From Candidatus Binatia bacterium (GTDB lineage: Bacteria > Desulfobacterota > Binatia > UBA9968 > JAJDTQ01): a DNA stretch of 64,000 bases. Shown here piece by piece: positions 1 to 8,405 of this stretch (position 1 is its first letter; every line of letters begins with the position of its first letter). The position numbers and the translations under genes were made by a program. Below the pieces are notes generated by a model. It had not been told where the DNA came from, made no database searches, and was given only the letters and a program-made list of their open reading frames with translations. The stretch is from contig OY762897.2 of the NCBI GenBank assembly GCA_963666515.2, positions 3,808,001 through 3,872,000 on the forward strand, read 5' to 3'.

Positions 1-47
1 TCCTTCGACTTCGCTCCGCTACGGCTGCCCTGAGCCTAGGCGAACGG
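1..47. repeat. Partial copy of REP-like palindrome family A
   Basis: TCCTTCGACTTCGCTCCGCTACG...CGAACGG matches the left arm of the copies at 8284, 40458 and 42670; cut by the window edge. Confidence 0.6.
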
Positions 48-76
48 AAGGACACTGCATTTCTAGGCAAAAGAAA

Positions 77-96
77 AAATTTGGTCAACCTAACTT
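77..96. promoter_or_regulatory. Putative DtxR/MntR-family operator
   Basis: Imperfect palindrome AAATTTGGTCAACCTAACTT (core TTTGG-N4-CCTAA) in an AT-rich stretch upstream of the Fe-binding protein gene; a DtxR-family gene lies directly downstream. Confidence 0.45.
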
Positions 97-166
97 CAGG
101 TATTGCATTCCCGCGAAAGTTGAAGTATGGATGGCGGAAATATCTCTTGAAGGGAGACCGTAAACA

Positions 167-1201
167 ATGATCAGAAAACTGTTGGGAACCAGGGTCCTGG
201 TATCCATGGCCGCGGTACTTGGCCTGTCCATGGGGATGGCGGCGAGCGCCTCCGCCGACGGCGAGGTCAACATCTACTCCTACCGGCAGCCGTTCCTCAT
301 CAAGCCGATGCTGAACGCCTTCACGCACCAGACCGGGATCAAGACCAACGTGGTGTTCGCCCCCAAGGGCATGATCACGCGCCTCCAGAAGGAGGGCAAG
401 AACAGCCCGGCCGACATGATCCTGACGGTGGACATCGGGCGCATCAACGACGCCGTGGAAGCGGGCGTCCTGCAGCCCGTCAAGTCCAAGAAGCTCACGG
501 CGAACATTCCCGCGCACGACCGGGACCCGTCGGGCCTGTGGTTCGGGCTCACCAGGCGCGCCCGCATCGTCTACGCCTCCAAGGAGAGGGTGAAGCCGGG
601 CGAGCTGTCCACCTACGAGGGCCTCGCCGACTCCAGGTGGAAGGGCCGCATCTGCATCCGCTCGTCCAAGCACGTGTACAACGTGGCGCTGCTGGCCTCG
701 CTGGTGGCCCATCACGGCGAGCAAAAGGCCGAGGAGTGGGCCAAGGGCCTCAAGGCCAACCTGGCGCGCAAGCCTCAGGGCAACGACCGCGCCCAGGTCA
801 AGGCCATCTTCGCGGGCGAGTGCGACATCTCGCTGGGCAACTCCTACTACATGGGCAAGATGCTCACCAACGAGAAGCAGATCGCGTGGGCCGAGTCCGT
901 GTTCCTTTTCTTCCCCAACCAGGACGGCCGCGGCGCCCACATGAACATCAGCGGCGCCGGCGTCACCAAACATGCGCCGCGGAAGGACAACGCCGTCAAG
1001 CTGCTGGAGTTCCTGAGCGACGACCTGGCGCAGAAGATGTACGCCGAGCAGAACTTCGAGTATCCGGTGAAGCCCGGCGCGGCCTGGTCCGGGTTGGTGG
1101 AGTCGTGGGGCAGGTTCAAGGCCGACAAGCTCGACATGATCGAGGTAGCCAGGAACCGGGCGGCCGCCGTCAGGATCTTCGACCGGGTGGGGATTCCCTG
1201 A
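167..1201 (+). CDS. Fe(III) ABC transporter substrate-binding protein (FutA/FbpA family)
   Basis: Signal peptide; VNIYSYRQ, EGKNSPAD, WFGLTRRAR and GNSYYMG (tandem Tyr iron ligands) motifs; RBS-like GGGAG upstream. Confidence 0.9.
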   Translation: MIRKLLGTRVLVSMAAVLGLSMGMAASASADGEVNIYSYRQPFLIKPMLNAFTHQTGIKTNVVFAPKGMITRLQKEGKNSPADMILTVDIGRINDAVEAGVLQPVKSKKLTANIPAHDRDPSGLWFGLTRRARIVYASKERVKPGELSTYEGLADSRWKGRICIRSSKHVYNVALLASLVAHHGEQKAEEWAKGLKANLARKPQGNDRAQVKAIFAGECDISLGNSYYMGKMLTNEKQIAWAESVFLFFPNQDGRGAHMNISGAGVTKHAPRKDNAVKLLEFLSDDLAQKMYAEQNFEYPVKPGAAWSGLVESWGRFKADKLDMIEVARNRAAAVRIFDRVGIP

Positions 1202-1332
1202 AGGCCGGCCCACCGACATCCAGAAGGTCTTCTTCAAAAAGATACCGTATTCGACTATGATCCGACCATCGGAGCCGTCTTGGTGGCAGAAGGGGCAAAT
1301 CGAGTCGCAACTCCAAGGGCGACAGCCGTTAC

Positions 1333-2025
1333 ATGTGGGGTGGGACCAACGTGGTCGTAAAGCGATCAGAAGTTTCTTCAGCGACGGAAGACTATCTCAA
1401 GGCCATCTACAGTCTGGCCGAGGAGAACGACCAAGTGATCGCGGCGCGGGTGGCGGAGGACATCGGCGTGACGCCCTCTACCATGTTCAGTGCCCTGCGG
1501 CGGCTGGAGAAGGAAGAGTTCGTGCGGGTGGAGCGCCGCAAGAACATCTACCTGACGTCCAAGGGCCGCGAGGTGGCGGAGGCCATCCTGCGCCGGCACT
1601 TTCTCACGGAGCGGCTGCTGACGGACCTCCTGGGCCTGGACTGGGTCACCGCCCACCAGGAAGCACACCACCTGGAGCACGCCATCTCGCCGGTGGTGGA
1701 GGAGCGCCTCGCCGCCATCCTCGACAATCCGTCCACCTGCCCCCACGGCAACCCCATTCCCGTCAAGGGGGAGCCGTCCCCACGCCGCGAGTGGATCCCC
1801 CTGAATACCGCGGCAGCCGGCACGGGAGTCATCTTCCGCTGCATCACCGAGACCGGCGAGCGCGACGCCGTGCTGCTGTCGTTCCTCTACGACCACGAGG
1901 TCCGTCCCGGCACCAACATCGACATTCGCGACGTTTCGCCGTCCCTGGGCACCATCAGTCTCAAGGTGGGAGAACACGAGGTCGTGCTGGGCCTCGAAGC
2001 CGCCAGGAAAATCTACGTGCAGTGA
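1333..2025 (+). CDS. DtxR/MntR-family metal-dependent transcriptional regulator with C-terminal FeoA domain
   Basis: EDYLKAIY, RRHFLTERLL, AHQEAHHLEH and CPHGNPIP motifs; start may be the GTG at 1351. Confidence 0.9.
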   Translation: MWGGTNVVVKRSEVSSATEDYLKAIYSLAEENDQVIAARVAEDIGVTPSTMFSALRRLEKEEFVRVERRKNIYLTSKGREVAEAILRRHFLTERLLTDLLGLDWVTAHQEAHHLEHAISPVVEERLAAILDNPSTCPHGNPIPVKGEPSPRREWIPLNTAAAGTGVIFRCITETGERDAVLLSFLYDHEVRPGTNIDIRDVSPSLGTISLKVGEHEVVLGLEAARKIYVQ

Positions 2026-2105
2026 CCGGAGCGGCGGAGCGCATCCATGAACGCCCGGACCGACACACGCAGTCGAGCCGGTGCGGCACTGCTCGCAGCA
2101 GCCGC

Positions 2106-2978
2106 CTACCACGGCGTGGCTGCGGCAGCCGTGGCCACGCCGGCGGCGACTACCGCCATCCAGCACAGCCGCCTGAACCCGATCCGATCCCCCAGCCAGA
2201 TACGTGCGGCCACCGCGGTGACGGCGGCGAAGCAGGAGAAACCGATGGCCGCGCCGACCCGTCCGCCGCCGGCAGAGCCGGTCAGGAACAGGCCCAGGGC
2301 CCCCGTTTCCAGGATCGCCTGCAACAAGACGAGGGGCCACGTTGTCCCGGACGGCCAGGCCAGCGGCCGGCGCTGCCGTTGGAGCGCCATGAAGCCCAGT
2401 GCGCCGACCAGGGCGAAGGCGCGGTTCAGGTACACCGCCGGAACCGTGCCGAGCGCCGCGCCGGCCTCCTGAGCGAGGAACATGCGTAGCGCCACCGACA
2501 CCGCGGCGCCGAGGCCCAGGAGCGCGGTCACCCGCAACGAGGCGCGGTCGTAGCGCTCCTTCCCCGGCCGTTCGGGCCGGGCCAGCATCGCCACGCCGCC
2601 GAAGACCGTCAACGCCGCGACCCCGTGCAGCCAGTGATACGGATGGCCGGCCAGCACGTTCAGCGCCACGAGCATCACCGTGAAGCTCGACGTGGCGGGG
2701 GAGGCCACCGTCACCGGCCCCCGCACCAGCGCGCGGAAAAGCAGAGCCAGCGCCGCGACGTTCAGCAGGCCGGACACAACCGAGGCGCCCCAGCCCCACG
2801 CGTTCCACGCCGGCCAGCCGCCGCTCGCCGCGAACCAGACCGTCATGACGGCGAACGGAGGGATCATGATGAGCGCGATGAGCACGGACAGGGAGACGCG
2901 GCTCGCCGTCACCCGCGCCACGCAATCGGAAACGCCGATCAGGCCGGCGCCGCACAACCCCCACACCAGTCCGCTCAT
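2106..2978 (-). CDS. DMT/EamA-family transporter
   Basis: 290 aa, about 10 hydrophobic segments, GPVTVASP motif. Confidence 0.8.
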   Translation of the reverse strand: MSGLVWGLCGAGLIGVSDCVARVTASRVSLSVLIALIMIPPFAVMTVWFAASGGWPAWNAWGWGASVVSGLLNVAALALLFRALVRGPVTVASPATSSFTVMLVALNVLAGHPYHWLHGVAALTVFGGVAMLARPERPGKERYDRASLRVTALLGLGAAVSVALRMFLAQEAGAALGTVPAVYLNRAFALVGALGFMALQRQRRPLAWPSGTTWPLVLLQAILETGALGLFLTGSAGGGRVGAAIGFSCFAAVTAVAARIWLGDRIGFRRLCWMAVVAAGVATAAAATPW

Positions 2979-3192
2979 GACATGTCTCCGTCTCCGCCTC
3001 TTTCCGTTGCCTTCGCCTCTCCACGTTCCTTTCAGAGTCTCTCAGCGGTCGCAACCGGCAGGCGGAGCGGACTCGAAATGTCCCCGATACTGTGTTACGG
3101 CTCAGACAGGAAGCGCCCGTCCCGCGATGGAACCCCGAAGCTTGAATGGACGCGGTACAATGCCCCCGGAACGGGCGAGAAGGGAGAACGGA

Positions 3193-4626
3193 ATGCAGCC
3201 GGTAACCGACATGCGGAGCTTCATCGAGCGACTGGACGCCATGGGCGAGGTCAGGCGCATCGAGGGGGCGGACCTGGACACCGAGGTGGGGGCGCTCACC
3301 GAGCACATGGGCGACATCGAGTCGCAGGCGCTGCTGTTCGACGGCTTCGCGGGGTTCCCCAAGGGCTTCCGCATCGTCTCCAACCTGTTCCGCACCTGCT
3401 CGCGCACCGCGGTGGCCATGGGCGTGCCCACGGACGTGAAGGGGGTGGACTTCCTCCACGCCTGGCGCAAGCGCTCGCTGGAGTTCCAGCCGCTTCCCTA
3501 CGAGCAGGTGGAAGGCGGGCCGGTGTTCGACAACCAGATGGAAGAGGACGAAGTCGACCTGACCCGGTTCCCGACCCCGCTGTGGCACGACCTCGACGGC
3601 GGACGGTACATCGGCACGGGATGCGGCGTGATCACCAAGGATCCCGAGTCGGGCGGCATCAACATCGGCACCTACCGGGTGATGATCCAGGAGAAGAACA
3701 AGGTCTCGGTCAAGATGAACAAGGGCAAGCACGGGCGGCTGGCCATGGAGCGGGCCCACGCCCGGGGCGAGGCGCTGCCCGTGGCCATCACCCTGGGACA
3801 GGAGCCCAGCGTCATGCTGTCGTCGCAGATGCCGCTGCCGCCGTCGGTGAACGAGTACGAATTCGCCGGCTGGATGCAGGGGAGCCCCATCCCGGTGGTG
3901 CGGGGCGCCGTCACCGGCCTGCCCATCCCCGCCAACGGCGAGGTGGTGCTGGAAGGCGAAATCCCGCCGCTGCCGCCCGAGCAGCTCCCCAAGGAAGGAC
4001 CCTTCGGCGAGTGGCCGGGCTACTACACCGAGGCCACCGAGGGCGACGTGCCGCTCATGACCGTCAAGCGCGTCTACTACCGCAACGACCCCATCATCCT
4101 GGGCGCGCCGCCGGTGCGGCCGCCCAACAGCTACCTGCCGATTCCGCTGGGCGCCATCACGCTCTGGGAACAGCTCGAGAAGGCCGGCATCCCCGACGTG
4201 AAGGGCGTCTGGGGCTTCGTCTACGGCGGCCAGCCCGGCCCGTTCACGGTCATCTCCATCAAGCAGCGCTACACCGGCCACGCCAAGCAGGCGCTGCTGG
4301 TGGCCGCCGGCGCCCGCGCCGGCGCCTACGGCGGAAAGATGGTGGTGGTGGTGGACGACGACGTCGACATCACCAATCCCGGCGAGGTCATCTGGGCCCT
4401 GTCCACCCGCTGCGACCCGCGCGAGGGCATCGACATCGTGAAGAACGTGTGGGCCTCGGTGTGCGAGCCGGTCATCTCTCCCATGGACCGGGACACCAAG
4501 GGCTACGTCACCGACCGCGTGCTCATCGACGCCTGCCGGCCGTACCAGTGGATCGACCGCTTCCCGCCGGTGAACGCGTTCGAGCCGCAGTACAAGGACA
4601 AGGTGGCGAAAAAGTGGGGCGTATGA
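3193..4626 (+). CDS. UbiD-family (prFMN-dependent) decarboxylase
   Basis: DGGRYIGT, NIGTYR, EGPFGEWPGYY and VVVVDDDVD...WALSTRCDP motifs; ATG 3193 follows AGGGAG; upstream ORF extension to 2680 is not credible. Confidence 0.9.
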   Translation: MQPVTDMRSFIERLDAMGEVRRIEGADLDTEVGALTEHMGDIESQALLFDGFAGFPKGFRIVSNLFRTCSRTAVAMGVPTDVKGVDFLHAWRKRSLEFQPLPYEQVEGGPVFDNQMEEDEVDLTRFPTPLWHDLDGGRYIGTGCGVITKDPESGGINIGTYRVMIQEKNKVSVKMNKGKHGRLAMERAHARGEALPVAITLGQEPSVMLSSQMPLPPSVNEYEFAGWMQGSPIPVVRGAVTGLPIPANGEVVLEGEIPPLPPEQLPKEGPFGEWPGYYTEATEGDVPLMTVKRVYYRNDPIILGAPPVRPPNSYLPIPLGAITLWEQLEKAGIPDVKGVWGFVYGGQPGPFTVISIKQRYTGHAKQALLVAAGARAGAYGGKMVVVVDDDVDITNPGEVIWALSTRCDPREGIDIVKNVWASVCEPVISPMDRDTKGYVTDRVLIDACRPYQWIDRFPPVNAFEPQYKDKVAKKWGV

Positions 4627-4752
4627 GCCGTAGTACTTGAAGGACCGGATGATTCGCTCGGGAACAATCAACACATGGTCCACACCGCGCCCTGGGCGAC
4701 CGCCCAAGGCGATCCGTTACACCAGAGTGCTTCAAGCCATGTCGTCACCTCA

Positions 4753-5733
4753 TCATTCAACCGTCCTGCGCATCAGGACCAGGTTGTCGAGGACGAGATT
4801 GGACGACCAGATGAACTGTGCGTCGGCCGCCGGGTCGTCGAACACGTCGTGGAAGTTCATGAACGCGGGCTTGTTGTCGACACCGACGGTGTCATTGGAA
4901 AAGACGGTGGCGAGCGGCCAGCCGCTGTCGTCGAAATCGGGCGCAAACCAGTTGCCGGGCACCGGCCAGTGGGCAGCGGAAAACGTGCTTCCGTCCTGAA
5001 CGCCGGCCGTCGCGCACTGGGAGCTGTCGCGAACCGGGCCTTCGAGCTTCAAGCACGATCGATCATTGAGCGGCGCGGTGTAAAACGTCTGCGCGCGCCA
5101 GGATTTATCCGTAATGGCAACCGTGCGCCCCTTTTCATCCTTGATGACCGCAACAAACCCGGCATCACCCGGATGGTAGGCGACGCGCCTGTTCCGTTCT
5201 GAACCAAGCCCCAGGTTTTCTTCCCAGTCGACACCCATCACGGCGATCGTGAAGGGCCGGTTCGCCTTGAAACGAACCACGCTGGAGTTGAACGGCGTGA
5301 AGGGAATCGCGTCAACGCCGAGCAACTTGCCGTTGACGTAGAACTCGAAATAGTTGTCGGCGAAAATATATGCCGCGAAGGTTTCCTCACCACCGGCGTC
5401 GATCACCGGTACTTTCTTGTGATCGAGGTCGGAGAGCTGACGCAGTCGAACGCCGCTGCATTGGTTGTAGAGGTCAGCGGCCTTCATTGCCGTCTGAAAG
5501 TGCGTGTCTGCGGGCACGACCCACCGCCTGCCATCGTCCGACCTGATCACACCGACGGGACTGACGCGCGCGCGAGCCTCGTGACACACGAACAGGCCGG
5601 GATTGGTGGTCTTCGCCGGCCCCGTCGTGAACGAGGGTGTATCCTGCGCTTGCACACCCCCGGAAAGAGCGATTGTCATTGCGAACGCGAGAGCCGCGGC
5701 TTCGACAGATTTCCAGTTGGAAAAGATAATCAT
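4753..5733 (-). CDS. Secreted hypothetical protein, probable beta-sandwich
   Basis: Signal peptide ending VQA-QD; ADNYFEFYVNG motif; aromatic-rich; RBS GAGGG. Confidence 0.7.
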   Translation of the reverse strand: MIIFSNWKSVEAAALAFAMTIALSGGVQAQDTPSFTTGPAKTTNPGLFVCHEARARVSPVGVIRSDDGRRWVVPADTHFQTAMKAADLYNQCSGVRLRQLSDLDHKKVPVIDAGGEETFAAYIFADNYFEFYVNGKLLGVDAIPFTPFNSSVVRFKANRPFTIAVMGVDWEENLGLGSERNRRVAYHPGDAGFVAVIKDEKGRTVAITDKSWRAQTFYTAPLNDRSCLKLEGPVRDSSQCATAGVQDGSTFSAAHWPVPGNWFAPDFDDSGWPLATVFSNDTVGVDNKPAFMNFHDVFDDPAADAQFIWSSNLVLDNLVLMRRTVE

Positions 5734-5937
5734 GTCACATCCCTCTCAACGTTGTCCGGTCCTGCCTGTCCGTCCGGCCACTCGAACATACAGTCTCGAC
5801 CACTACCCTTTGTGTTCTTATTGGACGCCAGGCAGTTCCAAATGAACGATGGCGGTGCCGGCCGTCCTGTCAGGCAATCAACGGGTTAGGGAACTCACCA
5901 CGGTCTAATGGAGTAGTCCACTTGAGCGAGGTACGAC

Positions 5938-7536
5938 ATGTCACTGCGATATTTCCTCACCACGTTGACGGTTCTGGCGTGGGTCCTGGTTTCGGTGCCC
6001 GAGGCCGCGGCGCAATCGGCGGACACCATCATCTCGAACGGGAAGATATTGACCGTCGATCCAAGTTTTTCCGTCGCCCACAGTCTGGCTATCGATGACG
6101 GCCGGATCGTGGCCGTCGGTTCAGCCGAGGCGGTGGCCCGCCACAAAGGTCCGAATACCCGGATCATCGACCTGGGGGGCAGGACGGTGATCCCCGGCTT
6201 GATCGACAATCACTTCCATTTCATCCGCAGTGTCTGGAACTACCAGCGCGAAGTCCGTCTCGACGGGATCACGAGCCGGGCCGAGGCTTTGGCGATGATT
6301 GCCGCGAAAGCGGCTTCGGCGCCCAGGGAGCAGTGGATTACCGTGCTCGGCGGCTGGTCGCCGGCCCAGTTCAGGAACGAGCCGGGCGGCTTCACGCTCG
6401 CCGAGCTGGATGCGGCGGCACCCGACAATCCCGTCTACATTCAGCAAAGCTACCGCACGGCTTATGCCAACAGCGCGGCCTTGAAGGCGGTGGGCCGGGA
6501 CCCCGCCGAAGGCGCCCGGATGCGCGGGCGGCAAAGCTTCCGGGCTTTCGGGCGCTTCATCGGCTGGCGCAACAAGAGCTCCAGCAGAAAAGCGATACTC
6601 GCCTATATGGCCGCGCTGAATCGATTGGGTTTGACGACGGTCTACGATATCGGACGGCCGAGCGAGGGCAGGCTGGCGCCGGTTGCAAGCCTGGCTGCCG
6701 CCGGGCCGATGCCGCTGCGGGTCTTCCACACGCTGCGCTACCGCGCCACCGATCCCCAAAGCACGGACGATGCCCTGAAACTCATAACGGGTGGTGCTGC
6801 AAAGCCGTTCAGCACGACGGATCAATTCGGCGTGATCGGACTGGGCGAGCACATATACGGACCGATGCATGACCGGGCCAATCGCCGGGAACGCTGGGAA
6901 GAATCTGTCTGGGGTCCCGTACGCACCATTTCGCGCGCCGCCGCCAAGCACGGTTGGCCGATCCACGAACACACCATGAGCGGACCTACCATTTCCCAGT
7001 TCATCGATCTGGTCGAGGAGATCGCGTTCGACACCCCCAATGTCAAGGAGCTGCGCTGGACGCTGGCGCATTCGTTGGGGATCACCGAACCGGACCTGAA
7101 TCGAGCTCGCAGGTTGGGGGTGGCCGTTGCCGTGCACTCCCAGGCGATGATGAGCTCGCGGTCGCGCAACCGTCCGCCTCTCGGCAGCATCGAGCGTTCC
7201 GGAGTCCTGTGGGGGTTGGGCTCGGACGGCGCCATCGTCGCGCCGATCAACCCGTTTCTGACCCTCGGCTGGGCCGTGACGGGCCACAATATCGCGGGGC
7301 AGAGGGCCTGGAGCGAGGATCAACGCGTCTCCCGCAAGGCCGCCCTCATCGCCCATACGATCAACAACGCGAAGTTGCTGTTCAAGGAAAAGAGTCTCGG
7401 GTCACTGGAACCCGGCAAGCTGGCGGATCTCGTCGTGCTCGACCGTGACTACTTGACGGTCCCGCCGGAACAGATCGCCGCTATCCGGCCCGTCCTCACC
7501 ATGACAGGCGGTCGGATCACCTTCGAAGAGAACTAG
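5938..7536 (+). CDS. Amidohydrolase family 3 (YtcJ-like), secreted
   Basis: IDLGGRTVIPGLIDNHFH, GSDG and GSLEPGKLADLVVLDRD motifs; N-terminal signal peptide. Confidence 0.88.
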   Translation: MSLRYFLTTLTVLAWVLVSVPEAAAQSADTIISNGKILTVDPSFSVAHSLAIDDGRIVAVGSAEAVARHKGPNTRIIDLGGRTVIPGLIDNHFHFIRSVWNYQREVRLDGITSRAEALAMIAAKAASAPREQWITVLGGWSPAQFRNEPGGFTLAELDAAAPDNPVYIQQSYRTAYANSAALKAVGRDPAEGARMRGRQSFRAFGRFIGWRNKSSSRKAILAYMAALNRLGLTTVYDIGRPSEGRLAPVASLAAAGPMPLRVFHTLRYRATDPQSTDDALKLITGGAAKPFSTTDQFGVIGLGEHIYGPMHDRANRRERWEESVWGPVRTISRAAAKHGWPIHEHTMSGPTISQFIDLVEEIAFDTPNVKELRWTLAHSLGITEPDLNRARRLGVAVAVHSQAMMSSRSRNRPPLGSIERSGVLWGLGSDGAIVAPINPFLTLGWAVTGHNIAGQRAWSEDQRVSRKAALIAHTINNAKLLFKEKSLGSLEPGKLADLVVLDRDYLTVPPEQIAAIRPVLTMTGGRITFEEN

Positions 7537-7641
7537 GCCAGTCGGGACGCTCCGCGTGGAGCGCTTGTGCCCGCCAAATGTGCTATATTGCATCCGATTC
7601 GGCGTCACAGGTGCCGGATGATGCGAAAGGGAGTGGCGTAC

Positions 7642-8265
7642 ATGAGGGTAGTTCTCTCAAGAACGGTCGGCATCGCGGCGCTGGCGCTCGCGTTCGTTCT
7701 TGCGCCCGGTACGGAGGCGTCCGCCCACAAGTCCATCCTCAAGGTCGAGTTCGCCGAACGGCGCGAGCTGAACGTCCTCATCGACGACTTCGTCCTCACC
7801 GACAAGGACGGCGAGCGGGTGGAGTTCCGCAAGCTCCGGGGCAAGCCCCTGGTCATCAACTTCATGTACACGTCGTGCCCGGACGTTTGTCCGTTGCTGA
7901 CCGCGAGCCTCAAGATCCTCCGCGACCACATGAAGCCGGCGGAAGCCCGGGACATCCACTTCCTGTCCATCACCACGGACCCCGAAGTGGATACCCCGAA
8001 GGTGCTCAATGCCTACAGCCGGCGGCACGAGGCCGACGCCCCCAACTGGTCGTGGCTGACGGGCGAAGCCCGCGAGCTGGCGCCGGTGTGGCAGGGTTTC
8101 GGCGTCAGCGTGAAACGGATCGCCAAGGGGCTCATCGAGCACACCACGCTGACGGTGGTGGCGGACGCGGAGGGCTACATGCGCTTCGCCTACTTCGGCT
8201 CCGCACCGGACCCCGATGTGCTGTTGAAGGATCTGCGGGCGCTTGAAACACGTCCATCGACCTGA
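7642..8265 (+). CDS. SCO1/SenC-family copper-binding protein
   Basis: FMYTSCPDVCP (CxxxC), SITTDPEVDTP and conserved His (IEHT); ATG 7642 follows AAGGGAG. Confidence 0.9.
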   Translation: MRVVLSRTVGIAALALAFVLAPGTEASAHKSILKVEFAERRELNVLIDDFVLTDKDGERVEFRKLRGKPLVINFMYTSCPDVCPLLTASLKILRDHMKPAEARDIHFLSITTDPEVDTPKVLNAYSRRHEADAPNWSWLTGEARELAPVWQGFGVSVKRIAKGLIEHTTLTVVADAEGYMRFAYFGSAPDPDVLLKDLRALETRPST

Positions 8266-8283
8266 CGGAATTTCTCGTGGTGG

Positions 8284-8394
8284 CGTCCTTCGACTTCGCG
8301 CCGCTGACGCGGCGCTACGCTCAGGACGAACGGAGACATGTTTTCCCGTTCGCCCTGAGCGTAGCGAGGCGTAGCCGAGCGAAGTCGAAGGGCG
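8284..8394. repeat. REP-like palindrome family A
   Basis: CGTCCTTCGACTTCGC...CGCTACGCTCAGGACGAACGG / CCGTTCGCCCTGAGCGTAGCG...GCGAAGTCGAAGGGCG nested inverted repeat. Confidence 0.85.
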
Positions 8395-8405
8395 GAGGCT
8401 GAGCC

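Noticed and set aside
1202-1332. Possible yybP-ykoY Mn riboswitch upstream of the DtxR gene
   Set aside because: The GGGGAGTAG and GAGACC consensus elements were not found
2680-3192. N-terminal extension of the UbiD ORF
   Set aside because: It overlaps the EamA gene on the opposite strand; homology and RBS begin at 3193
1378-4707. 1109-aa minus-strand ORF and other very long antisense ORFs (8190-10607, 31660-34080, 37019-39430, 44244-47360, 54204-56633, 62194-63996)
   Set aside because: They overlap well-supported genes on the opposite strand and show no motifs; this is the expected shadow-ORF artefact in high-GC DNA
5860-5937. GGTTAGGGAA suggestive of a cobalamin riboswitch
   Set aside because: The downstream conserved elements and B12 box are absent
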